This document shows, piece by piece, positions 26,421 through 41,223 of a stretch of 64,000 bases of DNA. The notes beneath the pieces are model-generated. The model was given only the letters and a program-made list of their open reading frames with translations. It made no database searches and was not told the DNA's origin. The stretch's first letter is position 1. The number at the start of each line of letters is the position of its first letter. Made by a program: the position numbers and the translations under genes. Source of the DNA: Octopus vulgaris (Eukaryota); assembly GCA_951406725.2 (NCBI GenBank), contig OX597818.1, positions 1,674,001 to 1,738,000 of the forward strand, written 5' to 3'.

Positions 26421-27164
26421 CGTACCCACAGATTATATTTTTATACAGGTAGAATAGTTAGTGGGCTGTTATGTAAATGAATTTATGCGTGTGAGTGTGT
26501 GAGTGTGTGTATGCACATGTATGTAGGCAAATGAATATGAAAATAAACAGACAGACATAGAGACGGATAGGTACATAGCTAATATGAACAGACAAGCACA
26601 CATACACACACTCAAACATGCACACACAAGGAGACGAGGGTAAACACACACACACATAAAAAGACACAAGCATGAACACACAAACACATGAATATATATA
26701 ATACAAGCATACAAACCTACACACATGCATGCATATATACATACGCACACATATACATATATACATGCATACACTTACATACATACATACATACATACAT
26801 ACATCATACATACATCATACATACATACATACATACATACATACATACATACATACATACATACATACATACATACATACATGTGTATGCGCACACACAG
26901 TGACCCACACACATGTGCACAAACAAACAAATAGAACGCAGCTCGGATAACGGACAGAGTCAACAACTATTGAAAAAGTTGCAAGACGCAACGAAACTTT
27001 TGGAAAAATAAATAAGTAAATGAATGGAAACTTTACCGGTGAGTGTGTTAAATAAGGCACTAAAAGAGAATGACTCTCTCCAGATACAACAGAATATGCT
27101 TCAACAGAAGAACTCACATAAAGAATCTTGCAAACCAAACCCCAAAACGAAATATAGGCATTCA

Positions 27165-27270
27165 TTTATTTCATTTACTTGTTTCGGTCATTTGACTGCG
27201 GCTATGCTGAAGCACCATCTTTAGTCGAACATATCGACTCCAGGACTAACTCTTTGTAAGTCTAGTACTT

Positions 27271-27272
<2 letters not shown>
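27165..27272 (-). mobile_element. SINE family 1, 3' tail fragment
   Basis: Homologous to 8335-8450. Confidence 0.75.
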
Positions 27273-27322
<50 letters not shown>

Positions 27323-27326
27323 TGTA

Positions 27327-27401
<75 letters not shown>

Positions 27402-27904
27402 TACCCGCAGGAAAGAAGTGCAGGGAAGGGATTCCACAGGCTCGACGTTCAGGGAAAAGAGGACTGGGTGTCGGGATTAGTATGACGCCAAGAGTTCTGA
27501 ATGATGGGAGAAGGAGAGATGAGTAGGAAAAGAATTTCTCTGTGGGTGTGTGAACAGAGCCAGCAAAGAGGAATAGTTGCCATGATAGGAGCATTAGAAA
27601 AGGTGGAAAATGGAAGGAAGACACCTGGGGGCTCGAAGATGGAACGTATGTGTGAGTAACTTTAGCGGTTAATAAATAATAAAAGACCAAACACAAACAG
27701 TCAGTCCACAGCTTGACCTAACAGGTAACAGTAAAATTACAGAAATGATGCTGTAATTGTTTTTTCTTTTTCTGGTAATTTTTTTGTTGATGTCGATTAT
27801 GGGTCATAAATATGGTTTGAATGCTCGACTAGAAACAGCTATCGAGTGAAGAAACACTATGCATATGCAATCAACTTTGATGCTATAATAAAGAAAAGTA
27901 TGTG

Positions 27905-27972
27905 TAAGTAATGTTTGGAAGTAAGTAATGTTTGGAAGTAAGTAATGTTTGGAAGTAAGTAATGTTTGGAAG
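27905..27972. repeat. 17-bp minisatellite x4
   Basis: GTAAGTAATGTTTGGAA repeated four times. Confidence 0.9.
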
Positions 27973-29376
27973 TTGCAGTCCTTTAAGAAAAGGAAGAAAT
28001 GGGCAGAGTACATGGTTTCATTCATAGAAATAACACTCTAAAACAAACTGAGGTTTCTTTCTTTAGTACAGTTGGAGAAGTACTTCCTACCAAGATTTCG
28101 TTTTTGATAAATGTGGCTTTTATGATTAAGCACGCCAACAAATACCCGACTCTATTAATGGTGTGTGTAGATATTTCTCCCGTTCTATTGTTTGTAGTGG
28201 AATTCTTCGATAATAAAATAATGGTGTACTTCCTATTACTAGAAGATAACTTTATGAGCCTTCTCTTATCGCTTAAAATGTTTTTCTACTAAACCCAGAT
28301 TTTACTGGTTGCTGACCTACTTTCTTGGTTTCTATGTGTTGTTTTTCATAAAATGCCTATTACCCTAGCAATGTTTTATTGGTGTACTTCATCTGAAATT
28401 TTCATTTATTGAAAGGGGGGCAACTAGTTATTTCCTTTTATGTGAGCAAGCAAGCCAAAAACTGCACTGCCTAATTATAATCACAATAACTGCAATAAAT
28501 TTTGTCACAAGGCCAGTAATTTTAACTGGAAGGGATTATTCGATTAAATTGACCCTAATATTATACTAATACTGTATTTTATAGATCCCGAAGGATTGAA
28601 CGGCAGAGTTAACGATGACGTGATTTGAATTCAAGACGTAACGAGCGGGAACAAATACTCCAAGACCGTTCTAACGATTGTGCCAGTCCTCCACAAAATG
28701 GGTGCAAGAAACAAAGTTGAAATAAAGGAAATAAAATGCAAACAAAACATTCACCTAACTGTAATACTTTATAACTTATACAAATAACTCTTATTTCTGC
28801 AGAAATATTTTCTTATTTCCTTTAAAAATTAAGAATTTTGCAGTTAAACCTCTCTCTATACCCTAATAATTCCCCTTTTTCTTTTAGTTTGATTTAATGT
28901 GTTTGAATTAGACTATAGGCTACAACTTAGGGACGATATCTACCCTTGGTAGGCAAACATATTTGGGTCTTGTAAGGTTCCATGATTGGTCGTAGTTAGC
29001 CGTCTCCTTTTGGAACAACACACACATGCATACTGTTTGCCTATGCGCCCGAAATATATAAAGGTTTTTCTCTGCATTATTGAAGATTTCTTCATTTCAT
29101 TTATCATTCTATATATCTATGTATCTAGCAACATATCGATCTATGTATATAATGTGTGCGTGTGAGTATGTACATGTATCTATGCATGAATGTATGTATG
29201 TATGTATGTATGTATGTATGTATGTATGTATGTATGTACGTACTTATGTTTGTGTGCATGTATGTGTATCTATCTATCTATTTATCTCTCTCTGTTTCCC
29301 ACTGTCTCTCTGTCTCTCTCTCTCTCTTTGTTTCTCTTAATTTCCTTTTTCTCTCTCTTTCTTTCTCTCTCTTTCT

Positions 29377-29409
<33 letters not shown>

Positions 29410-30287
29410 CATCTCTCTCTCTCTCTCTTTGCTTTTCTTAATTTCATTTCTCTCTCTCCCTCTCTTTCTGTCTTTCTCTGTTACCTTCTTCCCACTATCA
29501 CGTGACCCGTGACGACCTAATGTGGTGTCATTCTTTTTCGCGTTGCCTTCAACCGTACTGGACACGATTTTCTGAGCTCCTCGCTCTACTCCCACGCCAC
29601 CCCCATTTTCACTTCGCATTACCCATTTTTGCCTTGTCTTGCAGTCCCAAGGCTTTACGTTGTATATGTATTACTATTATTAATTGTTGTCTTCGTGTGG
29701 CCCAAAGCCTTTATTCTGCTTATTGTTTTGTTCCTCGCCCGTCCACTAACGGTCTCGTCTCCAACCCATTTCGTTTTGTTATGTTTAGGTCCCATTCCTG
29801 GCAAGTTTCTTGTCTGTACCTCCAGAGTGGAAGCAATATTATCGATAATAGCTGAAATTGCGTTTGACCCTCTGGCTGATGACTGTATGTATGTATGTGT
29901 GTTTTCTGTCCGTTTCTGTATTTACTATATGTTCGTTTGTTTATTTACTCCAAGTTCTTTTTTAATTACATATAGGTAGGTCATATTTTCCGTTTGTTGT
30001 CTTTTTATTCAATCCTGATATAACGGGCCGAAACTGCAAAGACGATCTGGTATTCGACTGAAGATCGAAAGCTCCGAATGACCCGTTCTTGTTTTTTCCT
30101 GTCCTTTTTTGTGTTGTCTAATTGTCCGAGTGTTTTGTTGTCGCCTGTTACGTTCTTGATCCATTTTTTGTTTTGTTTATACACACACACACACACACAC
30201 ACATACATACACACACACATATATATATATATAAAATGGCGGTGCCCCAGCATGGCCACAGCTCAAGAACTGAAACTGGAAAACATA

Positions 30288-30347
<60 letters not shown>

Positions 30348-32289
30348 GCACATACATATATGCACACACATATATACGTAGGTATTTACGTATGTGTGCA
30401 TGTATGTTTTTATACAAAATATAAAATATTACATTTTCTGCTGATGAAACATTTACTTAATTTGCTTAAATTAAATTAGAAGTGCATTGGAGAAGATAAT
30501 TTGTGGTATTTAGATGCGTCCCTTCACGTTTTCAATTCAATTTCTGCCGCAGTTGACTTTGTTTTTCGTTTCTCTGAAATCAAGTACTTCATTTCCTCCT
30601 TACCTTCCTCTTCAACGTTTAACTTCCTGTTTAAAGTTCTTTTTAAATTCCTTTGTTGTTACCTCTTACTATCTTACTTTTTCTGGCATTGCTTTCTTTT
30701 CCTACTTAATTACTGAGTCTGATGAGCTGGTACCTACTATAGTTCACTTATATTCCACCAATAATAGTGCCAGTCTTCCTCCTCTGATTAAGTCTCAAAA
30801 TGGTCCCTTAAGATACATCTTGAGTTAAATGGATTTGGTGAAGCAGTGCAAGATTCTAGGTTCTTTAATGACTATTTAAAACTATTTCTTTTTAAGTCAT
30901 TATTTATCGTTGTTCGTACTACGGTTGCTATTGTTGTTGTTTTTATTTCTGCTGTAGTTACTGTTGTTGTCGTCGTCGTCGTTGTTGTTTCAAGTGACAT
31001 TCTAATTAGCAAGTTCTGGATCTTGTATTACACATTTGGCCGAGTTTACTTCCATTATACACTCCTTATCGTCCCCTAGGGGACATTGTTGTACTCGTTT
31101 ACCAAAAAACCACCGATGCCATCCAATGATTTTATTAATATTTTGCTATCTTTATTTTTTATATGCCAAGATCAGTTTTAACCATTTGTAAAGTAATATT
31201 GTCCTACCTCCCTTAACAGTCTGTGCCACGTGAAGAGGAAGTTTAACTCTACAGACCTTTACATAATACAGTGAATAAACCCCGATGCGGTCATTCGATC
31301 TGCTACAAACAACAACTTAATCTCTCTTAAATCATACACTCACTCTCTTAAAATAGGTTACATTGGATAATGGCGTTTTTAGTACATTGGTGGAAATAGG
31401 GTGGTATGGTCATGAATGGAATATGTTTCTTTCAAAGATATGAGGAATTGAAGCCTAAGCTGCACAACAACGTGGTTATGGCTGCAACACTTTCCAGTTA
31501 GCCATGACCTAAAGCTAAACCATATTAACAACACTCAGAACAACATTCAACATATATGATTATCAACATATATTATGTGTTTGTCTATGCTTGTGTATGC
31601 CACCCCTACTATCGCTAAATCATTCCAATGAACACACGAATTGTTTGATGTCCAACAAGCGATGTAAAGACGCAGAGTTAACTGCTTCATATCATTTCAG
31701 TCCGTGTCATTTACAATACATGGCATTATTTGCATACATTTTCAGACTGTGTGATCTTTGTTGTCTAAACTAAGGAATGACTAAGATCAACAAACATTCT
31801 TCCTTATTGTTACTTCCATAAGGTTGTTATTTCGGACCGATTTAGCTTCTGTGCAGTTTCAACCACAAATGTAGGAATATTTGTCAATAGCCAATATATA
31901 TCATCTGGAAAGAGTGTTGTGTCTTTAGCCTTTAGTCGGCTTTAATCAATCAAACAGTTCGTTGATTGTGTTTCAATTGTTACCATCCCATCTTTTTCTA
32001 AATCACAGTGCTGCGTCATGTTATCTAATGTGTCCTTCATTTTTTAAGACAACAGGGTGTGATTTGAGTGAGAACTGGCTTCCATTTCTAACAGATTGAA
32101 GTGCTACATTAAAACTCATCCAAAGGATACATTGAATAGACTCCTCGAAATGATCCTCCAAAGGGGTCACGCCAATCCTGTCTTGTTCAACAGCGCAAAT
32201 ATACAATCCCTCTACATATTAATACAACAATATTGTACAGTCATCCTGAGCATGAACAGCAGCAAGCAGCTAGAACCATAAAGGCTTCA

Positions 32290-32830
32290 TTATTGTTGTT
32301 AACACAGCTTGAAGCTAGAACGATCAAGGCTTCATCATCGAAAATTTCGACCTCCTCAATTTAAAACTTTTACAGCTTTAACACTAACCTTTCTATTCAG
32401 GGCCAGGAAATACTTCAACATCTAACAACAACCGATATTCTACAAAATTCGAGTAGGACTCACGATGGAGTACTGTTTACACACACACACATACATTCTA
32501 AACTCACAATAGAAGACAGTTCTCACATCTAGGACATTATTGCTGCAACACCGTATCCTGAGAAAGGTCCCTTGATCTATTTGTATGAAATTACTCACCA
32601 ACACGCTCTATCTCTGTCCCATATAGAGGTTGTGTCTCCTCTTTCTAGCCTTTGTACTGTACGACTGTGGCTGCTCCACCTCGTACAAAGTTTATCCATT
32701 TCCACTCCCATCCAGGCACTCCTGATATTCTAAGCTCTTATCCTCTTGACACTCATATTCACCTATCTTGCACTAATCAATCCATACAATCTTTCCTCCC
32801 TACAACATCGGTCCCTCTAGACTTCAATCC
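32290..32830 (+). mobile_element. Highly degraded CR1/L2-group LINE 3' fragment
   Basis: YKIRVGLTMEYC-like (32441-32480) and CTNQSIQSFLPTT C-terminal motifs. Confidence 0.45.
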
Positions 32831-33244
32831 ACGACTTCAATGCAGCCGTTCACTCTCATTTATTGAAGTAAATCGTCGTCGAGCCTCCTGGTTGCAGAGA
32901 AACTGCAAAAACGAGGGGCACAGGCTTCTCCTCTTGGCCAATAAAAATGCGGTATACGAAGAACTGTTAATGAATCTTTATAGTTTGTTTTCATTATATT
33001 GCTCGTTAATCTTAGATACTTAGACCTACAACTTCCTCTATCCTATGATAGTGATTTGATGTCTGATATTTAGCTAATTCTACCAAGCTTTATTCACTTT
33101 TATAATCTTCGAAGTGCTTATGGATATTTTCAGTTCTAGATATTGTCTAATATATACAAAAAACAAACTGAAAGAGCTCGCAGTTTCGAATGTAACAAAA
33201 ACCGAATGAAACCCAACTTAGCCGAAATTCAGTAATTCAACTGT

Positions 33245-33245
33245 A

Positions 33246-33328
<83 letters not shown>

Positions 33329-33345
33329 ATAGTAGTAGTAGTTAC
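33245..33345. repeat. (TAG)n microsatellite
   Basis: Direct reading. Confidence 0.95.
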
Positions 33346-33841
33346 AGTAGCTCATCTCCAGTCGCGGTATTACTCGTTGTAATGTTGCTGCACGTATAAC
33401 AATGATATTCACACATCAGAGACATTGATAAATTTGTTAACAATGAAATTATTATTTTTGATTATATGTTTTTATATAATAAACATTGTCAGTGTTCAGA
33501 GATTCCATAGCTGTGTCTTATAGAAATCTGTCTTTTTTTGTTGATTTGTTGTAGAAGACGACGTCAAACTGATAGAATGACGCCACCAGGACGGCTTTGG
33601 CAACAAACTGTAGCTCACCTAACAGTAAGTTCGTTGTTAAAGAGTTTTATGCTTACAAGTGTGTTTGTTATAAGGAGAAGTAGTATTATATACTCCATAC
33701 AAATATAGATGGGTGAAACAAAAAGTAGTGGGGATGGGGATGAGTGACTGTAAAGTTTTGAGAGAGAACAGGGTGGTTGAGAATTATAGAAGTAGCTGAT
33801 AATGAACGAGTGACATTTTTAAAGAGCTAACTCTGTGTGTA

Positions 33842-33906
<65 letters not shown>

Positions 33907-34656
33907 CAGAGACAGAGACAGAGCGTGTGTTTATGTGCGTAAGCAAGTCGCGTAGTAAAGGAAATATTCGAGCGCTTGTACAAAAATAAGCAAATTGATG
34001 TAGAAATAGCAGAAAGGAAAGAGAAAGAGAGCGTCGATAGAAATGAGTATATTGCAGAATACATTAGATTCAGCAGGCGAGCAGATAGAGTAAAGGGAGA
34101 GGGAGACGTGTTCCCTGCAAAAATTGAGTCTGTCAACTGCTTTTGATTCCCTATTGTCTTTATTGTCTTTACCTCCCTTCACTGATATTGTAAATATATA
34201 TCCTTGTGTGATTTATGAAGGTCACTACTCTGAACCCACCCATGTCCCCATCCTCACCCTTCCCATTTCGGAGAGACCATGACCCACTGATGGATACATT
34301 GATTCTAAAAGTAATCCTCATCTATTTACTGCCGCTGTAGGGCTTTGTAATTATTGCTTAGCTTTCATCTTAAGACGTTTCAATTCACTCAAAACATTTC
34401 ATTTCTTACCCTACAATTTACCATTTTCTACAACCAGTCCTCTTGTTCCGCCACATTCTCCTCACATTTTCACAATTTTAAATACTTTTCCTCGTTTTCA
34501 AAATCACTTTCTTCCCACTACTTCCCTCTCCGCCACTTACTTTTTCAACACCCACTGTACTATTTTCTATTATAATTCATTTTTCTCGATTCATTCACGT
34601 GATTTACTTCATTCTTTTATTATTATTGTTGTATTTCGGAATGGTCATTTTGCCAG

Positions 34657-34733
<77 letters not shown>

Positions 34734-35189
34734 GTCAATTCTTTATTGGTGGGGGCGGTGTTCCTATTTTATCTTCTGTTTTCTTTGTTGCTATTTTTCA
34801 ATCCCCCTCCTCCTCCCACTCACCTTCATCTATTTTCACTAAGATATTAAAAAAAGACACACCCTGGAGATATTGCATTTAAGTTGTCCTCGTTATCTAC
34901 ATTGTCCTTTATAATAAAAGAACCAACCTAAAAGAATAAGTGGCGCTGATCAGAGATGAGACATCTTGTATAACCAATATTTTCATGGCAAATGAAGAGT
35001 GAAGATCAATGTTAGAAACTCTATAAACGGATGACAGAGAGAGATATGAAACAAAGCAATTCATAATTAGTGGAAAGATGATGGAAAGTGTATATATCAC
35101 AGATGGAAATATAGCAAAGCAACAATTACTGTACACAGATACACACATACACATATTCATACGTACGTACATACATGCATACATATATA

Positions 35190-35291
<102 letters not shown>

Positions 35292-35327
35292 TTATCTCTC
35301 TCTCTCTCTCTCTCTCTCACTCTATCT

Positions 35328-35360
<33 letters not shown>

Positions 35361-35363
<3 letters not shown>

Positions 35364-38300
35364 TGTTTAAATATTCGCGGCCTGGGGTCGTATTGGAAGC
35401 AAGGCTACCTCCTTAACGACCTTAGGTCGCATCGTTTGGATGTAGTTGTAATTACCGAATCCAGACTGAATGGACTGCAGGCTTTTTCGCCCCTTCTAAA
35501 CGGCTACGAGAAATACGTTTCTCCTTGTCGACCGGGAGGGGGCGGAGGAGTGGCAGTGCTGGTCAGAAAAAAACCTGGATTTAGAGATTAGAACTGTCTT
35601 TATAGATCCGGAAGGCAGGTTGGTCGTTTTGGATGTGACGCACAGCAGTGGTAAAGTGTTCAGGCTGGTTGCTGTCTATGCTCCCTGCGAAGGAAAAGCC
35701 TGGCAGAAAGATTACTTCAAAAGCCTAAAGAATTTTCTCGGCACGTCGAACACGTTATAGTATTGCTAGGTGACTTCAGCATAATTTGTGATGCACGCGT
35801 AGATTATGTTGGCTCGAGAAAGAGTAGGAGGGGATTACCACACCTCAACGATCTTCTAAGTCGTTTCGAGTTGGTAGATCAATTCAGACTGGACCACCCA
35901 GACGCTCCAGCGTGGACCTGGACAAGAAACGACGGGTCGTCCAGATCGTACATAGATAGAATCATAACCAGAAGGAAAGATAAGAAAATACTTAGCTGTC
36001 CACAACACTATATCGTCAGCTACAGCGATCATAAATTAGTGACCTGTACGCTCGACATAGATAGCATGTGTAGACGAGGTACCGGTTACTGGAAGCTAAA
36101 CAAGTCACTATTGGACTGTGAAGCCTACACGAATCGGATTAAACAATTAGTAATGAGGGCTTTAACCGGATCCATTATCAACATCAAATGGTGGTACGCC
36201 CTAAAAAGAGCTATCAAATTTGAGTCAATTAGGTTTAGCAAAGAATTAACTAGTGCTAGAAACAGAGTAGAAAAGGAACTAGTTAAGGCAATAAATGAGG
36301 CAATGAGGTCAGGCAGTGCATCGAAAGTGTTAGCGGCGAGGTTGGCACTCGACCAACATCTCAAAGCTAAACATGAAGGGTGCATTGTCAGGGCTAAGAT
36401 CCGTGCAATGAGACAGGAAGGGATCAACGCAGCCGGATGGGCCTAGGTGGTAGAGAGCTGGCGTGGCAACAACTCAACCATTCGATCTTTGACGAACCCA
36501 AAGGGTCGATCAGTAAACGGACCCGTGGAGATGTGCAAGGTGTTTCACGATCATTTCGCCCAGCTATTCGGGAAGAGCGGCGGACTGGAGCGCGGGGAGA
36601 AGCTCGCAGACTTCCTAGCCGGTTCGCCGCGTTTATCGAGGCCAGATGCGGCGAACCGTGTGAGGCGCCGATCACAGCCAAGGAAGTCGAGGATGTGTTG
36701 GCAGACTGCGGCCGGGACAAATCGTCGGGACTCGATGGTCTGCCTTTCGAACTCTATAGTAGCATGCCAGACATGTTTGGGGACCCACCTGCATGCGTGT
36801 ACACCAACTGGCAGCAGAGCGGGAGAATTCCTAAGTCTGTGAGCCGAGGGGTAGTAGCGCTGTTACGAAAGGACCCAAACAAGGGGGATTTAATTGATAA
36901 TTTTCGGCCCGGCCAAGGTCTTAGCAAAAAGGTTGGCGCGGGTCGTGCGTGAACTTGTTGGCGAGGCGTGAACTTGTTGGCGAGGCGTGAACTTGTTGGC
37001 GAGGCGCAAACTTGTGCCATCCCTGGAAGGACCATCCACGACAATCTCCACTTTCTACGCTATGCTTTAGAAAGGGTAAATAGGATTCCTGGCAAGGGTG
37101 GGGCTATGGTTCACTTGGACCAATCGAAAGCGTTCAATAGAGTGGACCATCAGTATCTGGCGGCGGTCCTCGCGGCGGCTAGCTTCGGCCCGACCTTCCG
37201 CGGATGGATCAACGCTTTATACAGCAACATCGAATCGATAGTTCGGGTGAACAGTTTCTTTTCGGAGCCGTTTCGCATTGAATGTTCGGTACTTCAAGGG
37301 TGTCCTCTCTCCCTGCTTCTTTACGTTTTGGCCCTCGAGCCGTTGCTGAGGAGGTTGGAAACTATGAGGGGCACTCTACAAGATCTAGGGTGCGGAAAGT
37401 CAGCTTTGGCGTATGTGGACATCACCGTCATCGTATCCCGAGTCGAGCACCTACGGTGGGTGGGTGAGGCCTTAAGGGATTACGAAGCGGTGGCAGGAGC
37501 TAAAGTCAACCGGGATAAATCGGTCGACTTGCAACTCGGCACCTGGAGGGGCAAGTCGATGTCTTCCGACAGCGTCGTAGGACGTTGGACAGAAGGGCCG
37601 GTGAAAATGCTTGGAATCTGGTTAGGTCCAGATCTCCAGATAGAGAAGAATTGGAACGAGGTGGCGAGAAAGGTCTGGGTGGAAGCTGGTCTGAGTGGAA
37701 GCTGGTCTGAGTGGAAGCTGTCCTTGAAAGTGAGGGCGGAGGCTGCAGAGGTGTTTATCGCCTCTGTAATCACTTACCGCCTGACCATGGTGCCTTGCCC
37801 CGATTCGTGGCTGAACAAGCTGGAACGCATGCTCTTTCGCTTTTTGTGGAGGGGCAGCAGACCTCTTGTAAGGCGCTCTATTTGCTGCCAAAAGCCGCTG
37901 AAGAGTAGGTTAGGGATGCCGTGGCTAAAAATGCGCTGACATACGCTCAGGCTTAGGCACCTCTGGCTTTACCTGGACGGTGAGCAGGTGTGGTCTTCGT
38001 TCGTCAAGCTGTTATTTCCACAGTTCACATCGTTTACCAAACTGAACCCATGGATCAAGTGTAGATCATCAGGCACTCGTGCTTCTCTCCCAGTCGGGCA
38101 ACGCCGGTGGCGGGGGTACTACCTCGTTCTTCTATAGAGGGTTAGTAGAGTTTAAGTGTGACGACGTCCTGGGAGAAACCCTGGGCTTCGACGAAAATCA
38201 ATTCGCCAACCTGTTCCAAAGAACATTCGGTCCGGGGCCTATGGATAATTACCAAAACTCCCTGGCCTGGCAATGTTACAGAGGAGCTTTACCGGTTCGA

Positions 38301-38961
38301 GATAAGCTCTTTAGACATGGGTGTGCATCTTCGCCGGTTTGTGCAAGATGTGAGAGGGACAGTGAAACTGTCCTGCACGCGATTGTGCAATGCTCCAAGG
38401 TGACTGAACTCTGGGCTTATGTCGAACGCCTGCTGTCGCATTCGAGAAGAGTACAACTGTCGAGCGAATCTGTAATTAAGATCATTCCGCCGACCTCCCT
38501 GAATAGGGAGGAGCGAGCCTGTTTTCTCTCGGTAGTTGCTATGGCGAAAGAAGTAGTATGGAAGACGAGAGTGAAAGGAATTGCAACAGGCATGTTTATC
38601 TCCAGTCTTGAGCTAATCGACTTTTTCGTTTTCCACATGAAACGGAAAATAAGGCTGGAGAAGCCTGTCGCAAAGTGTGTTTCGTAAAAGATGGAAGTAT
38701 ATAGCAAGTATGTTGCGAGTGAAAGAACCTGTTTAATCGAGAATGTAAAAAAGGAGAAAGCAAAGTCTTCAGTGTGAGTATATGGTTTGTGGGATCAACC
38801 GCGTCCTCCGCTTCATTTTGTGTTAATCACTCATTCTCATTTAATTGTATATATTTTAACTGTTTGTTTAGTCATACGTTTCGTCTCATTCGATACCCTG
38901 ACCCCAACGTTTGTTTTGTCTGTCCCCTCATTTTCTCAACCTTATGGTGAATAAAGAAATA
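35361..38961 (+). mobile_element. L1/Tx1-clade LINE ORF2 (APE endonuclease, RT, zf-RVT), 5'-truncated, between (TC)n tracts
   Basis: EN: GCLNIRGL, VITESR, GGVAVL, LGDF, SYIDRI, SDHKLV, GYWKLN. RT: QTCAIPGRTIHDN, LDQSKAFNRVDH, QGCPLS. C-terminal CARC..ETVLHAIVQC. AATAAA at 38950. Confidence 0.92.
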
Positions 38962-39407
38962 CTCTCTCTCTCTCTCTCTCTCAAGCGCTCTCTCTCGCTC
39001 TCTCTCTCGTTCTTTCTCCCTTTCTCTCTCTCTCTCTCTCTCTATTATATATACGTATGTATGTATGTATTTATGTATATATATATATGACCTATGTACC
39101 ATATGCACATCTATTCTAGAAACAGCTGTAAGAGATTTTATGCATTATTTTTAATTCCTTATTTACTCTAACTGCTCTGTAATTATGCTTGAATTATAAA
39201 TTACACGCTCTAAAGAGATACCACATGTTTTGCTTGATCATTGTTTCTTTCCAATATACATACATACGTACGTACGTACGTATGTATGTATGTATGTGTA
39301 TGTATGTATATGTGTGTGTTTGTGCATGTATTTATGCATGTATGCATATATATATATATAAATATTTATATATATATGTATATATATATATATATAGAAT
39401 ATATATA

Positions 39408-39557
39408 GGCGCAGGAGTGGCTGTGTGGTAAGTAGCTTGTTTACCAACCACATGGTTCCGGGTTCAGTCCCACTGAGTGGCACTTTGGGCAAGTGTCTTC
39501 TACTATAGCCTCGGGCCGACCAAAGCCTTGTGAGTGGATTTGGTAGACAGAAACTGA
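39408..39557 (+). mobile_element. SINE family 1, 5' half
   Basis: GGCGCAGGAGTGGCTGTGTGGTAAG (A box) and CCGGGTTCAGTCCC (B box). Confidence 0.88.
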
Positions 39558-39622
<65 letters not shown>

Positions 39623-39769
39623 GCATGCATGCATGCATGCATACATACATACATACATACATACATACATACATACATACATACATACATACATACATAC
39701 ATACATACATACATACTTACATATATACATACATACATACATTAGATATGGACCGCTGAAATCTGCAAG

Positions 39770-39928
39770 TCTTTCACATTCTCTCTGTTTATTTTCTCTT
39801 ATTCCTTTCTGTTGAAGAGTGTAGTCTCAAAACGTAAAAGACTTTTCCATTTTCCTGAGTGTCAAACTAATGCACTTGCTTGTTGTTTATACATCTGTCT
39901 TCGTCTTTTGTTTTTCTATAAATTGCAA

Positions 39929-39930
<2 letters not shown>
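39770..39930 (+). mobile_element. PLE pseudo-LTR fragment with degenerate hammerhead-like motif
   Basis: TTGAAGAGTGTAGTCTCAAAACGTAAAAGA. Homologous to the reverse complement of 865-1000. Confidence 0.5.
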
Positions 39931-39983
<53 letters not shown>

Positions 39984-40001
39984 TGTCACTGAACCTAACT
40001 A

Positions 40002-40335
40002 GGGTGTTAGAGACACTTACATTGCTAGAAATAAGAGTTAAAATGCTCTAATACTGTAGTCAACACACATGAATATAAACATATACACTAAAAGGGACCT
40101 TAATCGTCAGAAAAGTGCCGATCGAGAATTTTTAGACTGACGTCAGTTTGGAAGGTTTCCGTTGTCTCAACAGTTAAGACTGATTCGAAAGTTCGGCTTT
40201 TTCCGGACTTGCTTCTCGGCATTATTCGGTCAATTAAGCTCCCTGTTAGTGTATATGTTTACATTCATGTGCATTGACTACAGCATTAGAGTATTTTAGT
40301 TCTTATTTCTAGCAATCTAGGTGTTTGTAACACCC
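40002..40335. mobile_element. MITE with ~120-bp imperfect TIRs, flanked by TA
   Basis: GGGTGTTAGAGACAC..ATTGCTAGAAATAAGA..TAAACATATACACTAA mirrored by TTAGTGTATATGTTTA..TCTTATTTCTAGCAAT..GTAACACCC. TA at 40000-40001 and 40336-40337. Confidence 0.88.
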
Positions 40336-40644
40336 TAGTCACATTTAGTGACAATTATAATTATCCTTTTTAGTGAAACATTGCAAACTGCTGTTTATAT
40401 TAATTATATATATACTAGCTGACCCCGTGCTGTCAAAAATGATGGCTAATTGTAGTATTTTATACATAAAAAGGGTTACAAGAAGGTGAAAAAAATCAAA
40501 CAGTGCTTCAACTCTGTGTGAGTATGTGTGTGTGCGTGCGTGTGTGCATATGTATACATTTATATGTATGAGTAGCACAGTCTGTAGCGAATGCGGTTTT
40601 CTATACTTTATCGCATAGAAAATAGAATTACAGACACACTCGCC

Positions 40645-40705
<61 letters not shown>

Positions 40706-41142
40706 GTATATAAACAAACAAAATAAAGCAAGTACGCGAGTGTGTCTGTAATTCTATTTTCTATGTATCTTTCTGAATAAACATACACAAACACACACAT
40801 ACAAACATTCACATCCTCCCTTTTACACGCGCACACATATACTTTCACAGAGTTGAAGCGCTGATTGATTTTTGTTTCACCGTTGAATTTTCACCACCCC
40901 ACTTCCTTTCTCATTCATACGTTGCGACGGAGAAATACACAAGTGTATCATTATAGTAGATTATTATAGTAGAAGATACAAGACACGCTGTTTGCGATTT
41001 CCTGGCTCTCATTGTTATTACTTTCTCTCACTCGCCCTCGGTCGTGGTTATTACTCTCACTACTTTACTGAATTACTATTTTCTCGCCTCTCCCTTCACC
41101 ATTCATTCCTACTGCGTGATTTTGGACAAATACATACATACA

Positions 41143-41223
<81 letters not shown>

